Assembly: GCA_013265495.1 (NCBI GenBank)
Contig: MU058669.1
Coordinates: 540,056 to 604,055, forward strand
DNA from: Vicugna vicugna
Taxonomy: Eukaryota
Direction: 5' to 3'
DNA: 64,000 nt
The position numbers and the translations under genes were made by a program. Below are positions 54,783 through 64,000 of this stretch, in pieces. Below the pieces are notes generated by a model. It did not search any database. It was not told the DNA's origin and saw nothing but the letters and a program-made list of their open reading frames with translations. Numbering within the stretch: the first letter of the stretch is position 1; each line of letters begins with the position of its first letter.

Positions 54783-56669
54783 ATTGTACTCACAGTGAGC
54801 CTTCCAGAAGCATAATATTTCACAAATGTCAAAGATTGAAATCTCGTGTTATTTATGTCTTAATATAACGTGATGCTCATTTTCATGAATTATTTAAAAT
54901 GAAGCATTTGAGAAATGAGAAAGTTCTAAAAATAGCAAACCTCTTAATTAACGTGTCTTCTAGGCCTCTGGCTAATACGTGAGAATTTTGAAAACTTACC
55001 CATTAGTGTCACTTTGCACCTGCAACCTGCTCTTCCTCAAGCACCAGTCCCCTGGTTCCTCCCTGTTTTACTTGCAGCCCTTGTCATTCATTACATCCTT
55101 TTTTGTCATTGCATCATCTGGCCAAGTCCCAAAGTCCCTTCATGTCTAACTATCATTCCCCAGTCAACTCTTCAGGGGACTTATTTTATAAATAGTAATA
55201 TTCTCTGAACTTACATATCCTTTAAGCTAAAGGTAAAGGAAGGCTGCAGTGATTGATTATTTCACCTACACCAACCACATCAGTGTTGAAGTTTCTAGAC
55301 ATTTATGTTTCTGACTGGGCTATTCTTGTAAGGAGCAGATACAGAGACTACAAATAGAATGAACTTACCGTCTGTATCTTGTGAGCCCCATGTTGGCCTC
55401 TTTTTGTACACACTGGCCATTGCTATGCTCTTATGCTAGTTCTAAAGAGGACGTCATTTTCCCAACTCCACTGTGCACACACTGGTATGCTTTGTTTTTT
55501 AAAGCATGTTTTTAAAGTTGAAGTATTTTGTCACAGAATTTCTCCCAGCTAGTCTCACTTGGTGCACTGACTCGGCAATGTCAGCCTAACCTGTTTAAGC
55601 TTGAATTGTCTTTGTAATAATTGTAGCTATTTATGTCAGAACTGAAGGGTTTCTCTAAGTGTTTAGTGCAACCTGATCTTCCATTACTTCTTCCATGAGA
55701 GTAATGAGAACTGCATGGTTAGCATGTATGTTGAAGCAGAAGTTTCAGAGTAAGAACTGAATATTCTTGGCATTTAAAGCATTCAGTAAATCAGTGGACA
55801 CTTAAGTACCTTTTTTTCTGTATTTGTCTTGCTTACTGTTGAGTTCCCAGCTTCTGGAATAGGGTGTGGCACATGGCAGGAAGTATTTGTTGTCTGACTA
55901 AAGGAAAGAAGGAAGAAAAAGGAGGGAGGGAAAGAAAAAGGAAGAAAAGGTAAAAAGTAAAAGGGTGCCTAGTGCTTTGCTGCTAGTAGAGAATATGGAG
56001 CTGGAAGAGACTGAGCATATGAGGTGAAAACCCCTCGTTTCACAGCTGGGGACTTCGAGGCTTTGTAAGAGAAAGTGGCCCCCGAAGTCACATGACTGAC
56101 AGGAGGCTCAGTGGAAACCTGAACCTTGATCTTTGGATCCCAACCTAGCCTCTCTGCTCCACCAGAGCCTCCCTGGGGTTCTGTACACATTTACTGAGTC
56201 CCAGACTCTAGGTTCAGGACTGAGGGAACAAACTGCAGAGTGTGTGGCCTGTGTCCTGTAGGAGCTCATACTGGTGTCACGGTCTGAGCAATCTCTGCGT
56301 TGTTGCTGCAAAGCCCTTGGAGAAAGGAAGTGAGGTAGCTGCTCTGTTGTAATCAGTTGTGGCTGAGTTGGATGGATTCACCATATCTGGTTGTGTTTGT
56401 TGGGGCAGGTCAGCACTGCAAATATTTGCAGATGCATCCATCAAAACTCTCAAATTTCTCCTTTTGTTTTGGTGGTTTGTGTCTTAAGAGGCCAGTTTCT
56501 GCTGTATATAGGACTACAGCATGATCTGTTGTTCATCACCAATAGTTAGAAGAGGACACTGACATACGTGGAGCAGCTCGACTCCAGGTACCTGGGAAGA
56601 CACTTTTCTTCGTAAATCCTCATAACTGCTCTGCCGGCCAGGGCACTGCCACCCCTGGTTCATAGGCCT

Positions 56670-57140
56670 GCAGGATGGTGTAGAAGTGAGGCACGAAGGC
56701 AGACTCAGAATTGAATCTCAGCTCGTTCATTTTCCAGCCCTGTGATCATGAGCAAGTGACTTAATCCCTTAAATTACAATTTTGTCATCTGTAAAATCAA
56801 TCTCATAACAGCACTTGTATTATAAATTCATTGATAGCATTAAATAAAATAATCTGTGTAAAGGGCTTAGAGTAGTGCCTGCCACAAAACAGTGGGAGCC
56901 AATGCTTAGTAAGTACTGCGTGCCAGGCGCTGTTCTGAGCACTTTGTATTAATTTAATCCTCCCCGTGAGATAGGAACTACTAGCATGCCTATTTACAGG
57001 GGGAAAAACTGAGGCAGAGGCACAGGGAGGTTAAATAACTTGCCTGAGATCACATACCTAACAAGTGGTAGAGTCAGCGTTCAAACCCTGGCAGCTTGGT
57101 ACCAAAGATCCTGTTTTTAACTATTGCATTACACTGCCAT
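56670..57140. mobile_element. Two opposed MIR SINEs
   Basis: 'gagcaagtgacttaat...catctgtaaaat' (+), then 'aaactgaggcagagg...ggttaaataacttgcctgagatcac' (-). Confidence 0.65.
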
Positions 57141-57489
57141 CACAAGCCGTTGATAAAGAAACCTTTAACAACTGTCAGCTACTTTATTATGAAACAGATT
57201 CTGAATTAAGTGACTCACGTGAGACTTCACAACTATAAATGCAATGTGAGCCCGGGTTGTCCGGCTCCCAAACTCATGTTTGTTCTGTTTTATTTCTTTT
57301 AGGGGAAAGGCTTGAAGGCGCCTGTTTAATGGTAAATACTGTAGGGGAGCATCTGGGCAGATTATCCAAAGCCACTAGGAGTTGGCATAGAAAGGATGGT
57401 GTGGTGACAAGTCATGTTTGCAGCAGCAGGAACAAAGATCTCAGTGAAGTAAGAGCATATGTGTCAATTAGCGATCAAAAAGGAGAGAG

Positions 57490-58400
57490 GAGTACATGAA
57501 TGTTCTTAGCAGCTTCATTCGTTAACAGCCCCCAACTGGAAACTATGCAGATGTCCTTCGGTGGGTGAATGATTAAGTGGACCATGGTGCATCCACACCA
57601 TGGGTTACTACTCAGCAATGAAAAGGAACAAACTATTTTTTTAAAAATTCTTTTTTTTATTGAAGTGTAGTCGATTTACATTGTTAGTTTCATTTATACA
57701 TATACATACATATATGTATATTTTCAGATTCTTTTCCATTACAACTTATTACAAGAAATTGAATATAGTTCCCTGTGCTATACAGTAGGTCCTTGTTTTT
57801 AACCTATTTTATGTACAGTAATGTGTATCTATTAATCTTAAACTCCTAATCTGTCCCTCCCCCTGCTTCTTTCTGGTAACCACAGTTTGAAAAGGAACAT
57901 GGTACATGTCAGAACTTGGATGAATTTCAAGGGAATTATGCTGAGTGAAAAAATCCAATCCCCTAAAACTGCATAAGGTATATAATTCCATTTACAGAAC
58001 ATTGAAATGACAAAATTATAGAAATGGAAAACAGATTAATAGTTGCCAGTGGTGGGGAATGGGGATAGGAGAGAAGATAAATAGGTGTGGTTTTAAAAGG
58101 GCAGTGTCTCATCCTTGTGGTGATGGAGTGACTTGGCTGTGGTGGTGGCTCCAAGGCTCTCATGTGATAAAGTGTACAGGACTAAATGCACACATAGACG
58201 CATTCACACGCACAAGTACAAGGAAACCTGAGGAATCTGAATGAGACTGGTAGATTGCATCAGTGTCAGTATTCTGATTGTGAAATTTTATTTTAGTGTT
58301 GTAACATGTTGCCACTGGGGGGAAACTGGGTAAAGGGTACACAGGATCTTTGTTTCTTATAATTGCATGTGAGGCTACAATTATCTCAATACCTATTTCA
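57490..58400 (+). mobile_element. Ancient L1 3' region interrupted by a younger antisense L1 3' end (~57635-57888)
   Basis: Outer element has 'tactactcagcaatgaaaaggaac' and 'tataattccatttac'; inner element has poly(T) + 'attgaagtgtagtcgatttaca'. 'gaaaaggaaca' is repeated at both junctions. Confidence 0.7.
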
Positions 58401-61400
58401 ATTTTTTTTTTTTAAAGGAAAGAGGAGGGCTTTGGGCCAAGGGAGCCAAAGAGTCAAGAAACGTTGCCCACTTCCTGGGTTTAACAAAGACCTAGGGGGC
58501 CCTCCTCCCAGGTGAACGTCCCTACCACAGGCACTTGGAAGCAGGAATAGTAGCAAGTGTAGCCCCGTCTGGCTCCTCTTAATAAGCAGGTACTTGTGTA
58601 GCAGGTTCCAGAGTGGGCTGAGAGGACTGCAGGAGGGGTCTGAGAAGGTTTCCTGGATGATTATAATCCATTGTTGTTCACTGAAATCCACCAATGTAGT
58701 GGAAAAGATGTTTATGGAATTCTGTTTCCAGCATCATTAAAGCCAAATTTTGCATCAAACAGGTGAAAGAATCATCATAAATTAAATAAAAGCCATTTAT
58801 ATACAAAGGTTTTGACAGCAGGTACCCAAGAAAGCTGGGTTCTAATGCTGGCTTAGTTCCTAACTCACAAGATTTATACGGATACCCTTTCAATGTATTG
58901 ATTTTGATAATGATAATAGCTAATGTTAACTGAGTGGTTACTTTGTGCCAGGCCACTGTGCTGAAGGTTTTAGATACATCATCCCATTTATTTTCACAGT
59001 AGCCCAATGAAGCCATGGCCTGCAGAAATAAAGACGTTAGCCTGAGGTCATGTGGTGTGAGGCAGCGGAGCAGACTCGCCACCAGCTCTACCTGTGTTCA
59101 CAGCCACCCACTCGCTGCCTCTTGGTTCTCAGCCGTGAAAAAAGGAGATTGGGCCAAGGGGTCTGGATTCCCCATGGCTCCAGTGGATGCTGAACCAATT
59201 AGCTAATTCTGACCTGAGCGTGATGGGGGTCAGTAAAGAAATAATTTAAGAACTGCCAATCTTGCCCTACAGGGAAGAAGATAAGCCTGAGCAGGTTGAG
59301 GGACAGAGAGGGTAATGGAATGATTTTTCACCCTTCAAAGGAATGTGACTTACTTAGGACTTCCCGTTATATCCTGATTGGATGTGAAAAATAAGCCCTT
59401 TCTCTCCAGTAGACCTAGGTTCTCTAAAGAATCCTGATGGTTGAATGCATATGATACCTGTCTCTTTTGATTACCTAAAATACAGGCAATGGGAAGATAA
59501 AATATCTGTATGCTGGCCCATTCAAGTTCACATTAAACCCTCCTGGAAAAGCAACTGGTGCTGTTAAGAAACTGTAGAAAGGAAACCAGGACAGGCTGCC
59601 TGCTGGCCAAGGTGAAGGAGTGATGCCAAGATCCACCAGGAGATTAGAGAGAATACACAACAGCACAAACACAGAAACCAAAAATGCTACGGAGATGTTT
59701 TCTTCTGCATCTTGAAGTTCTTTGGGGCTTAAGGGGACCACCTTTGGGTGGCTCTTGGTTCTCCTATATCTTCATGGTTGCCATAGCTTAAAAAGGGGGC
59801 CATTCAAGTGGAACTGGGGTGAGGGAGCACTGCCACCCAGAGTGAGCGGACGCATTGATTGTCAGTGGGCATTTAAAATCCACTTCAGCTTGCAGTCCCT
59901 ACCCTGCTCAATTCCCCTGAGCAGGCAGAGCAGCAAGACGTTTAAGAGCAAAGGTGACTTCTGGAATCAGCCTTAGTTCACATTCCAGCTCCACCTCTTA
60001 CTGGCTGTGTGACTTGGTAAGTTGTCCAGCCTCTCTGCACCTCTGTTCATGATCTGTAACATGGGGATGGCACCTGCCCCCCAGAGTTGGATGAGATGAT
60101 ACGTAGGTGCTTGGCACAGTGTCTGGGCATTGTAATCGTTCCATAAATATGAACTCTGATGATTATGACTCTGGATGTCAGGATATTATTAAGTCCCCAC
60201 AGCTTCCTGATATTCTGCAAGCCAGTTTAGTTCTGTCTTCGTCATGAGGCTCTGGGACCTCATGGGGGCGCACAGTGGGGAAATGAGGCTTCTCACCTTA
60301 GTCCTTTATTTAGCTCTTCCTTTTGAGCCTCAGTTTCCTCACCCGTAAGATGGGAGTAGTTACATCTGCCTCTGTTCACCTCGTGACATCTTGTGCATCT
60401 CTTAAGATAGTATATATGATAGCACTTTAAGGAGAACAGGCACTGTTAAGTCCTCGAATGGTTAAAGATATTCTTGAGGAAATGATTCCCATTCTGAGAC
60501 TGTTTCTTCTGCTGTGGAATGTAAGTAGTAATCCCTGCCTCCCAGAGCGAGGACTGAGGTGATAAGGCCCGTGGAGCACAGTCCCAGTGCAGAATCTGCT
60601 CCCTGTGCTGACCCCATGTGTGGTCATGCTTCCAAGTGTAGGGATCCAACATTACTGGTTTGCAAGCGTGAGAGAGGCAGCAGGTGAAGCAAACTCATGA
60701 CCAAGCCTCGTTCTGGCCGTCCCAACCAGTTTAAACTTTCTAGAGAGGCTTGTTTCCTTCATCCTGAAGATCCCCACCCCACCCCCATTCACTTTGTGAA
60801 TAGGGAGATTTAATGAGAGGCTGAAAGGAAGGGGTCTGGGATCTCAAACAAAGCATTTGGAAGCCAAATGATATTCCTCTGAACCCTGGGCTTCTCTGAA
60901 GACTCCTCCTTGCTGCTTCCCTGCTAGAAGATGCCGTGGCTCCCATTTCCAGCCCCAGTGCCCATAATACATCAGCTCTTGCATAGATAAGTCACTGGGA
61001 CAGCTTCTGGCCACTCTCTGTTGATGCAGGCAAAGTCAGATGGTGTCTAATGATAACTGTACCATATTCCATGTGTAAAGAGCTTCCACATAAGTATTTC
61101 AACACCCCTTTTAAGGTGGGGCACCTGAGGTCTGGAGGGGTCAAGAGGTGTGTCCAGTCACTCAGTTGTGGGTGGCTCTGCTGAAATGTGCCTCCTGTGG
61201 GTTTTTTCTGGGGCCCACTCAGCTTCCTCAGGGGAAGAATCTCATACAGCTGGAGGAAACGCTCCTCCTGTTGGATCAGGCCAGCTACTCTGCTGATGGA
61301 GAGTATTCCGAGGTGTGAGGCTTTCCTCATTGTCTCACAACCCTGCAGTGGGCTCTGCTTTCTCCATCCAGGTGAGAAGCTGACCCCGATGTGAATTGTG

Positions 61401-63119
61401 ACAGCCTTGATTGTGGTTGCAGGGTATCAGGGGATACTGCTCTGGAGGGGCTCCCCGTCCATGCAGTCCCCTGACTGCCTACAGTGCAGTGGTAAGACCA
61501 CACTGACCTGGGTTCACAGGCCATTCTGAGCATGGGTCTTTTGTGATTGTGTTGGTCACATGCCCGTGAAGCTGGCCCTGTCCATGCTTGTAAGCCTTTG
61601 GCCTAGTCTCCGTTCAGCCCATAGTAAGGCCTCAGTAAGTGGTCAGTAGAGACAGCCCGGCTTTGCCCACTGCTCATCTTAGGAATCTGCGAGTCCAAGC
61701 CTTCACGTGAGCTTGCATCTCCAGCCTGGCTCATGGGGGAGTCAGGGAAGGTGTTCTTACCACCTTTGTATGGGGAAGCTGAGGCCCAGAGAAGGGATAG
61801 GACTTGGCCATGTTCATCCTGCAGCTGGTAACAGTCAGAAGTGAATGGTCATCTCCAGACTCTCAGTGCTGAGTATCTCAAGTTCAGCGCCCACTCTGGC
61901 CTCCTTACCTGGGGATTGTGAGTGACAACAGCTCATGCAGCTTCTGTCAGGAGCACAACCCCTCCCCCATCCCCTACTAGCTTCCTAACCCAGGCTCAAT
62001 GCCAGTCTCCTCCAGAAAGACTTCCCTGCCAAGGACCTCCCCAAGATATGTTTTTTCCATAGGCACATTCACCCCAAGTTTAGTCATATGTACTTTTATT
62101 TCCTGTGCTTTTTATATTACCAAATATTTTGAGCACATTTGTGGTTTATTAAATATTTTAATCTTATTTATAATTGCTTCATAATATTCTGTTTTAGGAA
62201 AGCTCCGTAATTTATTTGATGAATCCCTTTTTATTAAGACACTCAGGTTCTTTCCAAGTATTTTTGCAATGACTGAAATGGGATGCACAAGTTCTAAGCT
62301 GGGGATAATCAGTACTTGGCTCATGGGTCGTTGTGCAGATTAAGTAAGTTAATATAAGGATAGCCTTTAGGAAATGAAATAAGTACTGTATATGCCAAGG
62401 TTATTCTGTTAGGTCTATTATTTTGATGATGCTATAGTTGCTACCATCTTATACACATCTGTGAACATGTAAGTGATTATTTCCTGGGTCAGGTCACAAG
62501 GGAGAGCATTGTTAAGGCTGGTATAGAATGTGTCCACAATATATGGAGGGTGTACCCTGCCACTGACAGGGAGACCAAGAGGACAAGGGGGAGGGGTGGG
62601 ATTGAGCCCCAGGCTTTGACTGGAAACATTTGTCATGATCTGACTCTGATGCCTGAGGATGTTTGGACAACGAGTTTGCCCACCTCACAGCTAAAAAGAG
62701 GAAGAGTAGAGAGCATGACAACTTTAGAGAAGCCCCAGAGAGCACCTGCTAGCCCAGCACAGACAGAGTAGTTTGCCCTGCCCTCTCCAGATCATAAGGG
62801 GATTTTCTCTCTTCTCCTTGCTCCTGCTATGACTAGTGAATTTGGGCCTTGGATACAAGGGAGTTGAGATAAACTTGGGTGGGACCACCGAGTCTTCAAT
62901 AGCCAAAAATCTGCAATATTAGGCTGTCACTTCAAGTCAGCACCGAGGAGAGGAGCAGGGAGGGTTCATAGCTCCCTTTGTGGTCAGCCTGCCCCAAATA
63001 CTTCCTCTGCCAACTGTCTTCCATTATGGAGTTGTGACTTTGTGATTTAAAGATTATTTGCCTTTAGGATGTCCTTTATTCAACACAAATAATCAGGGAA
63101 GATAAATCTTTCGTAGAGT

Positions 63120-63600
63120 GATAGAAGCATAGAATTTCAGAGATAAAAGGGAGCAAGTTCCATCTGGTATTATTCTACAGCAGGAATTCTCAAACATTCA
63201 TTTGTGAGTCGGAATCCTACATCAGAATTACCTGGGAGCTCAGTAAAAAGATAGATTTCTGGGTCCACAGTCTGATTCAGAGGGTCCTGAATGGGTCCCC
63301 GGAATCTGCCCCTTTAAAAATCCCCCAGGTTATTTGTGCTGATACAGGTAGGCTACACTTTGAGGAACTCTATAATATCCCTAGCAGGTTGGTTGCCTTT
63401 AGTGTTGGGACCTCACCACTTCAGGAGACAGCCTATTCCATTGCAGAACAGCTCTGAGTATAAGAAAGTTCTGCCATATGTGGAGCTGCAATCTGCCTCT
63501 GTACAAATTCTACCCACTGGTCCTAACCCTATCTACTTGGACTGTGCAGAGAAAGTCCAGTTCCTCCAGACTTTGATGGGCAGGAGGACTTGAGAGTTAT
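63120..63600. mobile_element. CR1/L3 relic interrupted by a MER5A-like element (~63180-63370)
   Basis: MER5A core 'catcagaattacctgggagct...ggaatctgc...ctttgaggaac'; L3 motif 'attccattgcagaacagctctgagtataagaaagttct'. Confidence 0.5.
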
Positions 63601-64000
63601 GCATCCATGAGTGTTTGTGAGTCAGAGGTGCACTGGAAGGGAGCACCTAGGTCTCTGAGCTGGCTGGGCTTGAGAAACTCATTTCCCCCTCTGGCTGGTG
63701 TGGGTGCCTCCTTCCAAACCCAGAAGGAGGCATCCCCAAGTCAGAGGGCAGATTCCCTGGGAAGGAGGAAAGGAGTCCTGGGGCAGGTCAAGGGGCTGTG
63801 AAAAGGATTCCGGTGACAGGGGTGGGGCAGGTGCCTGGCCAGGCATGGTGGTGGGGGAGTTCCAGGATCCAGGTTCCAGCCCAGCTCTGCCTCTAACCCC
63901 CCAACAGATCCTGAGCGAGTCCCTGCCCTCTAGGGCCTCAGTTTTCATATCTACGCAACCATCCTTTCTGGTCCTCTTCATTCTGAAATCCCATGTTTAA

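Noticed and set aside
55000..64000. A third gene downstream of FAM114A2
   Set aside because: No CpG island, no phase-consistent exon chain and no recognisable peptide; dominated by MIR/L1/L2/CR1 relics. Isolated donor-like sites (e.g. 61371) are unsupported.

Overview
Mammalian genomic DNA, most likely a camelid: two tRNA-Ala-like SINEs resemble the camelid Vic-1 family, recognised from memory and not searched. The window holds two apparently complete head-to-head genes sharing a CpG-island bidirectional promoter at ~19.2-19.7 kb. MFAP3 (minus strand) has non-coding exon 1 ending at 19308 and coding segments 8472-8766 and 4785-5578, giving 362 aa and a ~3.4 kb 3'UTR. FAM114A2 (plus strand) has 13 coding exons from ATG 22721 to TGA 51925, giving 501 aa with the GT donor at 22952, or 494 aa with a GC donor at 22931. 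All junctions were phase-checked by hand. The rest is intronic or intergenic DNA rich in L1, L2, CR1, MIR, MaLR/ERVL LTRs and Tigger/hAT relics; nearly all other short ORFs in the track look spurious. I found no novel multi-gene system. The most notable observations are: (1) a perfect 36-nt 5' half of tRNA-Val(CAC) inserted antisense inside the MFAP3 5'UTR exon; (2) a Tigger/MER2 terminal repeat that appears to supply the branch point of FAM114A2 exon 10; (3) a candidate MFAP3 cassette exon that would create an 81-aa uORF reading through the tRNA insert; (4) a donor-site ambiguity and a frame-shifted C-terminal tail in FAM114A2. Repeat family names and human comparisons are from recall, and repeat boundaries are approximate.
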